64,000 bases of DNA from Takakia lepidozioides (taxonomy: Eukaryota; Plantae; Bryophyta): assembly GCA_030704615.1 (NCBI GenBank), contig CM060733.1, forward strand, positions 65,720,001-65,784,000, in the 5' to 3' direction. This document shows positions 26,351 through 39,539 of this stretch, in pieces; within the stretch, counting starts at the first letter, position 1; every line of letters begins with the position of its first letter. The notes below the pieces were generated by a model. That model did no database searches, had not been told where the DNA came from, and saw only the letters and a list, made by a program, of their open reading frames with translations. A program made the position numbers and the translations under genes.

Positions 26351-26737
26351 CTACTCCCAGCATGAGCAAATGCTACACTAAAGCTTGAAAGCCAGATGTC
26401 ATGTCTTTCTCTTTGCTTGTAGCCATGTAGGCCTTGCGGACTAAGGCAATTTTCATGAGTCAAATTCATGGGAGAGAAAAAAACAAATGTGGGCTGCCTT
26501 CCGTTGGGAAGGTGGACACTTTTATGACATCCAACATGCTGGTGAAACAACTTGTGCCCCTATCTATTCCACCTCGACTTGCCGCACTCGGTGTCCGAAA
26601 CCACTTCGGGAAATACTCGAAAGTGTACTTTACTAATGGGGAGTAGCTAAAGACAATTTCATGCCATGGTGGCATAATTTGGATTACAACTTATGAGCGT
26701 CGAAGTCAACTTTTTTGCAATTGGCTAAACGTTAGAT

Positions 26738-26924
26738 TTTATATATATATATATGTAGACGCCTCCCCAAGGGAGCGTAAATTATGGTGTCTCCTCACCA
26801 ACAGGGGCTACTGCCTTCCAGCTGAAAGGTGGACACCTTCATGACACACCAGACCGTGGTTTGAACCCACAACCACATCAAACATGGTATGTGCCCATTA
26901 CCACTGGGCTACATGCCGGTTGTC
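26738..26924 (-). mobile_element. tRNA-derived SINE
   Basis: Minus-strand A box TAGCCCAGTGG (26901-26911), B box GGTTCAAACC (26858-26867) and (AT)n tail. Flanking near-duplication AACGTTAGAT / AACATTAGAT. A partial related body lies at ~26490-26530. Confidence 0.75.
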
Positions 26925-28099
26925 AACATTAGATAATATTGTATGCATAGATAGTTGATACTGGATACCCTACTATTAATCAGCCGGGGTATCAGGGGTT
27001 TCAGAACCAATACCCGCCCAACACTCATAAACACCATTATGGAAAAAGAGAAATTTTATTTGGTTTAAGTGACCGATGTATATTTTTCAGCTTTGGGCTC
27101 ATTCAAAAATTGTAGCGAGTTTTACTAAATTTACATGTCCATGAATTTTTCAAAGCTAAGTCATAATGGCGTTGGCTCCCTTATGCCCACAACCTGCCCT
27201 CCCATACTCCCATGTGGGCTCGGCCCACTTTGCACCTCTGGAACAAAGCTTACATCTGGGGCCGGACCCACAACAAGTTGCACTTGACTAAGTTCCAAAA
27301 TGAAGGTCCCGCCTAGAAATTTCCTTTGTTAAAATGGTTACCTTCTCGGGAAGTTTCATCCTGACAGGAGGAGGTACCTTACACGGAGTAAGACCCCTAG
27401 GGCCTTAAGAAATTCGAACTTAGGTGAAGATATTGGGGGGGCCATGAAGGGACACATTGGTTTTTTATGCCGGTGAAGGGCAGTTGATGAACCGCCTTTG
27501 TTCACGCATTCTTAAACGGTGGAAGGGCCTCATCAGCTGCCCTTCTACTATACAAAACGTGTCCCCTTCTCCCTCCCTAGCTAGCTACATACCCCGTGAG
27601 TAGCTCTCTAGGAGCTTAAGGGTATTTTTGCACAACGAGCTTAAGTAGTAGAGGGTATCTTCCATAAGGTTGCTCCTATCAATTCTTAACTTGCACAAAC
27701 TTGTTGATTTATCCTTCGAAAGTTTGTTCCTCTCATTTTCTAGATTGCATGAAATCTAAATATGTATTTTTACCCTATGGAATGTTGTTTTTGTCTTTTT
27801 GAGAATGTTGTGTAATATACTTTTCATATTCAAGGACTACTGGAGCTCTTTGCAGATGCTCTCAAGACAAAGGAGTTTCCCTCATTAAGCAATTGGATGC
27901 CTCATGGGTTTGGAGAAGGACCATATGCTCCGACTACTTTGACGACAACACAATTTGGACCACTTGCATTCAAGACTCTTGACGGCTCACCCGATCCTTG
28001 GTCTCCTCGAGCTCCTCTTGAGAGAGAGAAGACTTTGGCCAAAGCCGGCGTAACAAAAGAGCCACTTCACTTGCGGCCACTTCCCCCTTTGGGGGATGG

Positions 28100-28920
28100 G
28101 CTCTATACCAAGTAGAAGTAGGACCGGTTGTTTTAGGTGGGTTGAGTATTTCAAATTTGCGTTTGTTGGTAGTGAGAGAATGGATGGCAGTTAGGTGAAT
28201 ATGTTTGAAGCATGTGGAGATGTTTGTATATAGGAATTTGAGATTTGAGTGTAGTGAGTTGGCGCTTCGTGTATGGATGTCACCTCGGACACCGGCTGTA
28301 ATCATTATAAGTGGGCCCACTATCTAGCCTCGTGGACGTAGGGCAAGTATGAGTGGAGCATATTTTTCATGTTTTGTTATTATAGCTTGTGATAGATATA
28401 GATCATGATAGAATGTGAATTCGATGAAGTGGATAGTTTGAAGAGCTTGGGTGGGAGCGAGTGGGGGTGGTGCGGAGGTGGGCAAGCCGTATGCCAGCAA
28501 AATGTCCGGACAAAGGCGCACGGGGCAAGATCGTAGGGGCGTCGAGCATAAGCAAGGGAGAAGCCATGGTGGGACAGTGTGGTGAGGAGGACGACCCTGG
28601 TATGTGCCAGCATTTATAAAGATAAATCACATTGTTTCCTGATGTTTGAGGAGTAGTTTGTGGAGGTGCAAAACTGCTTGGTTATGTCTAATAATGCGCA
28701 ATATTCCATGGATGACTGCATGTGTGTATAAGCTTAGTAGATGTGGCCAAGTGTCCCTGGCAGGGGGGTTGGAGTGACAAAGAAGACAATAGGGTGAAGG
28801 ATAGAGGGGAGGCCAAAATATGTGTTTGCGTTGGTTACTCATATATTGGGCATAGCGGAAGCGTAGAGTTTGTTTGATTTGGGCATATGTGGTTGTGCTG
28901 GTGGTCTATAAATAATTGGA
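28100..28920 (-). mobile_element. 3' fragment of an RLE-type (R2/CRE/NeSL-like) non-LTR retrotransposon
   Basis: CLLC..DTWPHLL..RHNQAV zinc-knuckle/RHN motif, then PDILL..IHFIEFT..KHEKYAPL restriction-like endonuclease motif, then ITAGVRG; frameshifted. The C-rich decayed segment at ~32400-33500 may be an upstream part of the same family. Confidence 0.75.
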
Positions 28921-28953
28921 GAGCTTATGGTCTAGGACTTTGGAAAGTCCTAG

Positions 28954-30175
28954 TTGTCATTTCGGACGTGACGTAGCGCAGACACATCAGCGTCACGTCG
29001 GACGTGCGTCAAATCACGTCCAATCCGGACGTCGCGCCAAGTATTTTTTTTTACTTTTAATTTTTACAGTCTACTTCCACTCTATATAATGACATGGCAG
29101 CCACAGTGTAAAACACACGTGGACAATGTTGTCATTTTTATGATTCACCAAAATAAAGGTCCCAAATTTTGGTGGGTGTTAATTATTAAGGTTAAAAACA
29201 AAGAACAAAACGGAGCAGCCAAAACAAGCGACCACCGATATTGGCGGTCGCTGCTTTTGTTTATTTAAAAAAATAAAGCGACCGCCATGGCAGTCGCTTC
29301 ATTTTTTATTTATTTTTTAAATAGTGACCGCCAATAGCAGTCGCTTCATTTTATTTTATTTTTTTAAAAAAAAAACGACCGCCAATATTGGTGGTTGCTT
29401 CATTTTTTAAAATAAAAAAAACAACGACCGCCAATATTGGCGGTCGCTGCTTTTTTTATTCTTGCAAATGAATAAATCAGGGGCAGGGGCAGGACACCGG
29501 GTTCGAACCCCAAACCTCTCGAGAAGTGCCTCGTCACGTGGAGAGGCGCGACTGGTCCGAACAATCCACACACGGACACGGGCAGGGCAGGGCAAGGCAG
29601 GGCAGCGGGTTTGAGCCCCCGACCTCTCAACAGGCGCGAAACACGTGGCAAGGCGTGACTAGTCAGTCACGCGACACGTGGCGAGGCACGATTTGGCCAG
29701 TCACCCCTCTTCATGCACAAGGTTCTTGGGGGGCTATATAAACCCCCTCCCAAGCCCCTCCCCTCTATGATCATTTTTGCTCCTCCGTGAGTGCAGTTCC
29801 TTGGCTTTTTGTAGTCTTCGGACTTCATTGCTTGGCACTGCTATCGCGAGGTGCAAAAATGTTTGTTAGGGGAGGGAGAGGTTTTGTCGGTTTTTTATTT
29901 GGTCAGTCTCACAGTTCAGCCCTTCTTCATCGTTTTACCGTTTTAGCATCCCTTCTTTACCGTTTTACCGTTTTAAGATCTCTTGTGGCCTTTTTTCTAG
30001 AATACATAAAGATACCCTCCACACGTCCATTACCATTTTTTTTTTCCATCGCTTATAGTGGGCAAATGGTTTATATAATGTCGGGGAATGTGAGCTCAAA
30101 TACTGGGCCGGGGTCGTAGTTTGGGGGTCGGGGTAAAAACAGGAAGAGAAAACATGCCCACGAGCGACCACCAAT
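28954..30175 (+). mobile_element. DNA-transposon-like terminal region, copy 1 (ACGT-rich end, GCGACCGCC palindrome array, TATA, start of an NLS-bearing ORF)
   Basis: Collinear with 34064-35600. Preceded by the perfect hairpin CTAGGACTTT-GG-AAAGTCCTAG (28932-28953). Confidence 0.65.
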
Positions 30176-31390
30176 ATCGCCTATAAAAGATGAACTGTTC
30201 TCTGTCATTTATGGAGTTGGGGCGCATTCGAAGGTGGTCTCGGAGTGGGGTGTACCTAAGATGGACCGACATTAGAAGGTTCGGCATGTGAGGAACCATG
30301 GTTTTGGTGGGCAGCACGTCGGTTACAGTGGAATAGTAGTGGCTGGTTGTCGCCATCCGATGGTTTAATTTCCGCATCTGCCAAAGTACATGCAGCAGCA
30401 GAATGTTGCATGTGTGTGGAAAATAGATTGATCCTGTTGGGGGATGCCTCCGCGTGAGCCTGGCCACGTGAGCGTGTGAGCACGTGAGCGCATTCAGGCT
30501 CATACCACGTCAGCAGTTCTCGCCACGTTGGTTCACGGGTGTCACGGCACGTCAGGAGTCCTCGCTAGCGTGGTTGACGCCACGTCACGTCACGCCACGT
30601 CATTTCCATAGGCACGGACCTATGACCGTGGACAGAACAGGCGGAAGGGGGGGAATGCTAGATCGTGAGCCCAGAGGCGTGAGGTAGGTGCCTATTTCCT
30701 CAGAATGATTTACCCTTTCCAGTCATTGCAGACTACATCTTTAACATCCATGCCACTGCCGGGCCTCGTGTCATAAACTGCGATTTGATAAGTTTGCGAT
30801 TGCCGAAGTGAAACCTTTATCACTCCCATGAAAGGGAGAATGAGCGTGCTAGTTACAACAAGCTTTTGTATCAGTCGATAACAAGGTGTGCAGTAGCAGT
30901 TCCCAGTGCAGATCCCCAACCCTCAAAGTTAGCCGGAGTGGAATTGAAGCTTTCCTACGTAAAAATCGCCCAGATGCAATAGACTGATTTAGTAATGGTC
31001 TATATACTAAGCCCTTGCATGTTTGGAAATGGTTGTGTTTGAATAAAACATTCTCCGGGATGGTCGAGAAGAAAGTCTATGTATCAGTTTGTCTTGACAC
31101 AAGCGAATGCACTTCTTATGGATGAATGTTTGTGGATCTGGATGCATAGTTCTCTGCATAGATTAATGTGTCTAGCTCGTGTGTATACGTACGTACGTAT
31201 TTGCGGCAGATATACATACATAGTCGCAATATGTATATGTTATCGTAGAGGAAAACTAACCGATACAGGGAGGTAGACAGGCAGGGAGGGAGAGGTGATG
31301 GCGGGCGTGACAGAGATGGAGGAGAGACGGCGCGAGGCAGACTTCGCGATTAGCATAGCATCAAACTGTGTGTTCAATCATGTTCAAATC

Positions 31391-31730
31391 CTAAACCCTA
31401 ACCCTGACCCTAAATCATAACCCTAAACTCCATCTAGCAGAGGTGATGATCGTTGACGATCATCACAACTACCCAAATGCCAAAACAGAGCAGAAGTGAT
31501 GATCGGCACCGATCATCATTTTTTTTTTCCCAAAAAAAACAAAAAACAAAAAACAAAAAAAAGAATGATCGGTGCCGATCATCAATTTTATTTTTATTTT
31601 TATTTTTTTTCCCGTATTTTTCCACCAAAAAAAAAAAAAACATGGTAGTTGTGATGATTGTTAACGATCATCACTTCTGCTAGATGGAGTTTAGGGTTTA
31701 TGACTTAGGATTAGGGTTTGCGGTTTAGGG
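31391..31730. repeat. Long inverted repeat with telomere-like (CCCTAAA/TTTAGGG) outer arms and nested GATGATCG..CGATCATC palindromes
   Basis: 31391-31475 is the near reverse complement of 31641-31730. The centre holds A/T tracts and two more palindromes. Confidence 0.85.
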
Positions 31731-34063
31731 CTTCTTTCCTCTCTTGAACATCGATTCAAATACAACGTGACTTAACGTTCAGAGATCCGTTCCATAATCA
31801 AATCTGCTGCTGCTACAAAAGATGACGTGGTGATGTCAGTCGGAGTGCCACGTCAGCATACCCGCTCCATCTCAACATGCTCACGTCACGTGGCATGACC
31901 TTACGCTCACGCCACGTACGCTGCTGTGAGCATAGGCTCCCGCCACATCACCGTTGTGTGAGCGTGTGCTCACACGCTCACGCGTGGGGCTCACGCCGTT
32001 GCGTCGTTGGATCCTGTTGTTCCTTAATGCCCGCTGAGTTGATGGGGAGCTGGATTGGTTTTGAGATTGTGGTGGAGCTGGTCATATCGATGTGGCATGT
32101 TCTTGGTCCGTTAACTGCACAATTCGTTCGGCATCATCGTTTGTATGAACAGGGTTGCGTACGTGGCTCGGTCCTGGTAGTTGACCATCCCCGAGATCCA
32201 TTGGGCCACTACCGGTGGCTTCAGTGTCTAGTGGTACAACGCAAGAGTCGACCCCAACTTCGATCTCAAGACCATGTTCTGGGGATGACATAATTGCAGC
32301 ATGGCCCTCATCTGCAATACGTACATCATCAAGAAGGTCATCAAAGGTTGGATGGATATAGGCATCGTCCCCTATAAACATAAATAGGTCATCCCCATTG
32401 TTGTGAGCATCATCGGGTGGGGGTAAGGAGGGGGTGGTGTGGGGTTTAGTTTAAGGGTGACGCGGAAGGTTTTGAATTTGGGTGGAGAAAAAGTAAAGAA
32501 GGGGGTAGAACAGGTGTCACGAATGTACGGCTGCGGCCACGAGGTGGCGGGCAGTGTTTGGTATTGGGTTATAGCCGGTGGGTAACACCCAGGTAGTAGT
32601 ATGAATTTATGTAGATTGGGGCTTGGGTTAATATGGGAAGGTCGATTTTTGAATTTCGGGGAGGGAGGTAGCGAATGGGGGAGGTATAAGAGATGATGGG
32701 GGAGTGTATGGGACGGGTATATGTGGGGTAGTTCGGTTGGGAGTGGGTGTCGTGTAAGGAGGGTAGATGTCGTGTTTTGTTTTTTTTCATTAGTAAGAGT
32801 GGGTAAATAAAACCCATTGACGTCAGAGGGGGGGGTATAAAAGGTGTCGTTGGGCAGGCAATGATATGGATAACTGCGTGACGGGTTTGATTTGACAGTG
32901 ACGGGGTGGGTTTTCAAGTTGATTGAGGGGAGGTGGATCAGTGATGAGATGGGACAAATGTCAAGTGTATGGTACTTGAGAAGCAAGGTGGGGGGGTTCG
33001 ATTGGCTTAGGTTTAGACCAGGTGTACAATACCATTGCGTCCTTTTCGTGCTACGCGGGTTGCTGCCGTGATGGAGGTGGTGTGCTTGTAGTAGCAAGCA
33101 TGTAAGGGGGAGCAGCAAGGTGATTGGGGGGCCACCACACTGCAGAGGGGCCAGAGTAATGTTGCGGGCGTAGCGTCTGATAGTGTAGTTGCAATAGTAG
33201 GCAATGCTGGTGTATAGATGGACGTGGGTAATCGCTAGAACGTTGCAGATGTTGCTTTATTGAGGATGAGATTACAGAGCGGCCGCAGCCAGCAGAGAGG
33301 AGAAGGAGTAGATAGAGTATATTAGAGAAAGATGAGCAGGGCGAAGATGGGGGGGTGGCAAAGCCCACTGAGCAACCCTGGAACTTGGGGGTCGCATCTG
33401 TTGTTTACGCATGGGTATCTTTGGTAATCATGGTGTTGGTACCTTCGACAGAGGTGTTTGTTGTGCAATTTGCTGGTGGCCAGTTCTTCATGGGCTCGGA
33501 TATTGCAGGTTTAACCCCTAAGCGCCGGGAGCCAAATTGGAAAACACCCCCAAAATGGGACCCATTATCATGAATAACCCCGTATCTGCCAGTATGAGTT
33601 CATCCAGGGAATTGACCCGTACTAACTGGTTCTTACCTACTCCACTAAGGTACTGATCAAATTTCAGAATAAATGACCGTCAATTTAGGGAGATTATAAC
33701 GAATCACCATGGTGGATTTATCAAATCCAAGCAAATGTGGACAGAAAAAATCACTTTGACTAAGGAAATTTACAATCACAATTTTTTTTCCAAAAAAATC
33801 TACTAGCTGGTTTGTATGTGCAATTAGGGGGGTGCACTTGGTGTGAAACAATAGTGACATAGAAAATACTGCATAGATCCTGCACATTGTAACCAAATGC
33901 ACTTTCCTTTGGTGCAATCCCGCAGTGCCCAAAGGTGAACAAGAATGTGAAATTGTTTTTAGAAAAATCCAAAAGCACAAGTGTAGATGGGTGCACATAT
34001 TTACCTACCACGTGGCAAGTCAACTGTGCTGGCAGATGGATTCCAGGGCTTAGAATAATCCTT

Positions 34064-34237
34064 AGTTATCATTCCTGACGTGACGTGGCGCTGACACATT
34101 GGTCGTCACGTCCGACGTGCGTCACGTCGCGTCGAATCCGGACGTTTATCCATGTAATTTTTTTTACATTTGTTTCTTACGATTTACTTTGATCCTTTGT
34201 AATGACATGGCAACCACGATGTAAAACAGACGTGGCC

Positions 34238-34290
<53 letters not shown>

Positions 34291-35900
34291 GTGTCCGCCT
34301 ATATTGGCGGTTGTCGGTAATTTATTTATTTTTAAATGAATTGACCGCCCATATTGGCGGTCGTTTGTATTGTATTATATCTTAAAATAAGCGACCGCCC
34401 AGATTGGCGGTCGCTCGCACTTTATTATATTATTATTAATATATCTTTGATATATTCTGTAAAAATGTGGCGGTCGCTATATATATATTTTAAATTTAGC
34501 GACCGCCATTTAGCAGCGGTCGCTTATTTTTATTTGTATTCTTAAATAAAGCGATCGCCGTTTGGCGGTCGCTTCTTCAGTTAATTTTTGAAAAATGCAG
34601 CGACCGCCATTTGGCGGCGGTCGCTATTTTTGTTAATAAAGAATACAACGACTGCCATTTGGAGGCGGTCGCTCGATTTGGTTGTGATTCTTAAATTAAG
34701 CGACCGCCATTTGGCGGTCGCTTACTTAATATTTTTTTTTAAATGAAGCGACCGTCATTTAGCGGCGGTCGCTTATTTATGTTTTGAATCTTGAATTAAG
34801 CGACCGCCAGTAGGCGGTCGCTTATTTAATATTTTTAAAAAAAAGCAGTGACCGCCATGTGGCAGTCACTCTTCTTGTTTTTATAAATATAGCGACCGCC
34901 ATGCGGCGGTCGCGTGTTTTTTTTTTTCTTAGAAATCTAGGGACCCGCCGTGTGGCGTTTTGTTTTTAATTTTTTAATCATGAAGCGGCGCCTGGCCAGC
35001 CACGTGACGAGGTGCCACGGGTCAGGAAAAACGAAACAAATGGGATGGGGGGAGGTGGTTTTGAACCCTTGACCTCTCCGATGTGGGTGCGCGTGACAAG
35101 GTACGACTGGCCAGTCGCGCCACGCTGACACGTGGCGAGGCGTCACTAACATGTCGTGCCTTTTCAAGCATAATGTCATTTGGGGGGAGGGGGGCTGGTG
35201 GGCGCCTATATAAACCATCCCCCCTCCTTTTCTGATCACTTTTGCCCCTCTTGTGGTGCGGTTCCTTGGCATTCTGTAGTCCTTTCGGACTTCGTTGCTT
35301 GCAGTGCCAACGGGAGGTGCAAAGGTGATTATTTGGGGGGGGGGGGGGGGGGTTTCTATCGGTCAGTCCCACACACTTGTTCACAGTTATCATCGTATCA
35401 CTATTTTGCCATTTTCGAATCTTCGACGGCTTGTTTTTTTACAGAAAACTACGAAGACACCATCCACACGCGTTCATTGCCGTTTTCTGAGGTTTTGGAC
35501 CCTGTAGTGGGCAAAGGTTTATACAATGTCGAGGGTTGTGAATTCAAGTTCTGGGGCGGGGTCATCTGGGGGTCGGAGGAAGAGAAAACGTGCCCACGAG
35601 CGGGATAGCCAGGTCAACAAGCCAGACTACCCGGGACCGGATGCCTTGGATAGGGTGAAAGAAGTGGTAGTGGATTATTTCAAGGGTAGGGACATGATGA
35701 GGCTAGAGAGTGCTTATGTCAGGCATGGATGGGAGGGGTTTCAGATTTTCCAGCAAAACATGGAGAGAAAAATGACAAACACTTTGGCGGGGGCTAAGTG
35801 GACGGCGGACAGGGACAAGCCGAAGTTCAATCGGTGGATCCAAAGCAGGGCGAAAAACGCCATGTGGAATTTGAGGCAGCTAATGAAGACATGGAAGGGT
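34064..35900 (+). mobile_element. DNA-transposon-like terminal region, copy 2, with ~12 AGCGACCGCC-N-GGCGGTCGCT palindromes and a truncated ORF from 35526
   Basis: Palindromes recur at ~50-bp period over 34305-34915. TATAAA at ~35209. ORF start MSRVVNSSSGAGSSGGRRKRKRAHER matches the decayed start in copy 1. Confidence 0.7.
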
Positions 35901-37140
35901 AGAGCAACTCCTGAGCTGGGGTTTGCTCCTGCACCTGCTGCCGACGAGCTATGGCTTCTGCGAAGCCACCAGACCTGCTGCCATGCTCTCTCTTGGGCTC
36001 TCACAACCCACCAGAGGCACCCTAAACTCAACCAGCAAGCATTATGCTGCCCAACAAGCTCCATTTCTTCACGAAGCCCATAAAAATGAATTTGAAAATA
36101 CACACCTTTACAACCTTGGTGTACCTGCAGTTCTACTGCACATCCCCTGGCTCTAGGACGCCTCGCTGCTGCCCTTCCAGCCCCGCTTTTGCCACTCCAA
36201 GAGCCCTTACACTGCTCAGTTTCAGATTGAAACTCCAACTCAGCACATGCTTCACAAGTGCACTGCTTTGCACACAAAAGGGACCAGCCCCCTCTCTTCA
36301 CGTACTCATACCTCTTTATGAGCTTGGAGTTGAAGCTCCCAACGGGCTGCGATGCATCCCCTCGCAGCTCCACCATTTGGCTGCTCCTCATCTACCCGCA
36401 ATAACTAGTTTCGGGCATAAATACTTGGAGCTGATCATATCATCTCCAACCTGCAACATGCTAGCTTCCCATGCGCAGCCCACATTTTTGCAGCTCCTTA
36501 ACTCGGCCTGCAGCTGAAGAAGATGACCACCAGTTCGCCCACTCGTGGCCAGCATCTCCTCCGCTTCACACTAGAAGCCCAAACTTGGTTGCCATAGTAT
36601 TGAGCTATGCAACACTGACCGCCTCTCTATCCATTGCAAACCTGCAACCTGTTCGCCTTTGCACTCTATCCGCTTTGGATAGGCTCATGCATGGATCCAT
36701 GCACTCTAGGCTGAACCGCTTCTCATGATCTGAAAACACAAGTGTTAAAACTAACTCGAACCTGGCACTCATAGACTCGAACTCATCTTTCTCGAGTGAT
36801 AAGGAAATGAATGATACAGGCACACAAGCTCTCTCAAACTTACATACTTGCATATGAAAACATCACTCATATATTAAGTCGAGCCAAGTGCACCCCACGC
36901 CATGGGGAATCCACACTACGGCGCCATAGCTAGACGCGGTGAGGCTCAACTCGAGAAAGATGAGCCCACCGCGATCTGCCGTGAAGATAACAACGTCAGG
37001 TGCCCAAACATGTATTGGCCCCTGGATTGACACTTGGGTCAATCCCAAATATCAATATATAAAAGCTAGCTATTTCCTAGCTAACTTCACACTAGTGGTA
37101 GAATAACTTGACATCTCCAACTTCCGCCTAGCCCATGGGG

Positions 37141-37775
37141 CTAGTCCCCCACAAAGTTGAAGACCATTTCTGAATCTGCCATGTCCGCGACTTCGAGCAA
37201 CAACACATTGAAAGCCTGAACATATCCCCGAATATCATCCGTTTGCTTCAAATTCCTCATCTTGTCCCGGGCAAGCCAGGACGCGTTGAGGGGCACAAAC
37301 TGTCTCTTCATAAGTTCCTTGAACCCACTCCAACTCAAGGTTTTTGGGTTTGGACCTTGATCGTGTAGGCGTTTTTGCCACCAACACGTCTTTCAACGTC
37401 CGGCCAAACTGCGCCAACAACCCTTCCCAAAAGGCTGCTGGCATGGGAGGCATCTGTTGGTCTGGCGGAGCCTCCGGGAAGTCCTCGGGCTCCGACTCTC
37501 TAGATTCCTCCCGTTCTTGAGTGGCCTCGCTTTCAAAAGCATGAATCGCCTCCTCAAATTGCCGCTTCGATGACACGTTGCCCCCATCGGGCTCACCAGG
37601 ATCATCATATTTCGGGCCGTTCCGCTTTCGTTTGGCTTGCCCGACCCCATGATGAGGCCGATCCCAAGGACAATCGCGTACTGAACTCTAAGCTCTGATA
37701 CCAAGTGTCACGCACCTCACTTCGGTACTCGCTTTAATGCGCGCGCCTAACTCCCAAACTGGCCGTTGGGCCAAC
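37141..37775 (-). mobile_element. Ty3/gypsy relic: 5' LTR end, tRNA-iMet primer binding site and gag fragment
   Basis: Minus strand ..TGACA-CT-TGGTATCAGAGC (PBS at 37692-37703). Retrotransposon gag motif WSGFKELMKRQFVP..RDKMRNLKQTDDIRGYVQAF. Confidence 0.85.
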
Positions 37776-37791
37776 TTGGAGCTTCGGCTGC

Positions 37792-38410
37792 TCACCGGGA
37801 TATAACGGTCCCCTTTACTCCTCCACAAGACCCTCTCTCAATTTGGGCTCTTGCCATCTCCGATATATATGGCCACACTGCCTTTGTCAGATCATCCTGG
37901 TCACACAAGCCCTTTGGAGATGGCTTGAATGAAAAAGGGAATAATCCAGTATTTGGTGGGTTTCGGAGGCCCATTGATGGCTCATCATCGACAATGAGTA
38001 TTTGCCCTTGCGTTGCAAACGGTCTACCAGGGTACCTGGCAAGAACACTACGAATATCCTTAACCAGATATTTAATCTCAGGCATGATGTAAGCGGTAGT
38101 ATCATTGCAATTCTCAATTGACCAGATGAAACGGAATTTTTTTGCAATTTTCGTCGGAACGAAGCACTCGAGCATCCTACAAAGAACACCTCGTTTAGCA
38201 CACAACCAAATCGCGACGTGAAAATGCTTCAAGGCAAGGTCGAGAAACTCCAAGACTTAGGGCCGGGGTACCACTAACGGTCTGTCGGGAACTTGAACTG
38301 TAATTTTCCTGAAACGAAATCTCTCCTTAAACAATTCACCGCCGGTTGGGGGTGGCCGGTAGCAGAGAAGTCCGTTGATACTCAATATTAACAACATCCG
38401 TTTTATCTTC
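37792..38410 (-). pseudogene. FCP1/NIF (HAD-like) domain segment A with degenerate catalytic motif
   Basis: LLILSINGLL..PRP*VLEFL..FHVAIW..FIWSIENC..YLVKDI..ILIVDDEP..RNPPNTGLF, with one in-frame stop. Confidence 0.8.
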
Positions 38411-39539
38411 CCCGATGTGGCAGATGAAGGTTGAGGGACAAAGCCATCCTGAGGAATGTCATGACAACCACATCACAGTTTATGCCCTAAGAAATCAAAT
38501 GACCCAAAAAGACTGAGTCTCTACCAATTTCAGAATGACATCCACATTGGCGGGAATGGATTTTTTTCCCGAGGGGAGACGATATATGGAAGAGGAGATC
38601 ACGAAAAGATGAACATCGGTTGTCAAGTGGAGGTTCATGAAAAACTAACACCAGACAAAACGGGAGAAACGATTTTGAGTTTTACCATTGAAGCCTTCTT
38701 GGATTGTGTTGCAAACGAACAGTGAATTCCAATGGACATGTTTTGATGAGACGCCACAAAAGCGGAGGTAGTCCTCTTCTTCTTTGAGTCCGCTCTCTTT
38801 TCTCTGGTAGAAATGATTCCGGTAGAAGAAGTAAATGGCTCGGGGGCTCTATTGCGTTTTTTTGGTGCAGAACATTGTTCGAACAGTGTAGGGTCGGGCT
38901 GTCTTGATGTTGGAGTTGTTTCGTCATGAGGGAGAGAGGAGAAGGGGAACCTTGAGCACTCCAGATCCTGGATTGGATGCAACCGTAATGAAGGGATTAC
39001 CCGGGAAATGGATTCCAATGCAGACGTCGTTTGACAGGAAGGTTATAATCTGCAGATTTTCTGACCTGGAGTGAAACATGAACATCAGACCCTAAACTAA
39101 GTGAAACCAGGAGACTGAGTAAGAAATCAGAATAGAGTTTAGGTCACCTAACTCTTACGGATTTGGGCTGTCCAACCCTGGTGCTGGGGAGAGATTCGAG
39201 GAAGAGACACAACCACGTCTTCATCGGTTGCCCTTCTGGATGTAGAATCAACACCCCTGGTACGTAGTGGGGAGGGTGAGGATTGTTGGGTGAGGTCAAT
39301 CAGATCCTCTGCAAAATTCCCCGTATGAAGGCATGCATCCTCTGGGCATGGGAAGGACTAGAATGTGCGTCGCAAAATTAAACAACAAATGTGTGAAATG
39401 AGAGTATAGGGTATGAAATATTTTCGTCCGAACACAAAGCGTGAACGCCATGGGAAAGTACCATTTCTAACATGTAGAAAACTAGACAAGATGAAGATAT
39501 TCAAAAGTTCGAGAGTGAGGGTATTGATCAATAAGATTT

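Noticed and set aside
26850-26920. tRNA genes here and at 52345-52425
   Set aside because: A/B boxes are present but there is no complete cloverleaf. The first has a SINE body, tail and flanking duplication.
31391-31730. True telomere or interstitial telomeric array
   Set aside because: Only a few degenerate heptamers, embedded in the arms of an inverted repeat.
34305-34915. Regularly spaced palindromic repeats resembling a CRISPR array
   Set aside because: Eukaryotic context, no cas genes, repeats vary in length, spacers are low-complexity A/T tracts, and a second copy sits in a collinear dispersed element.
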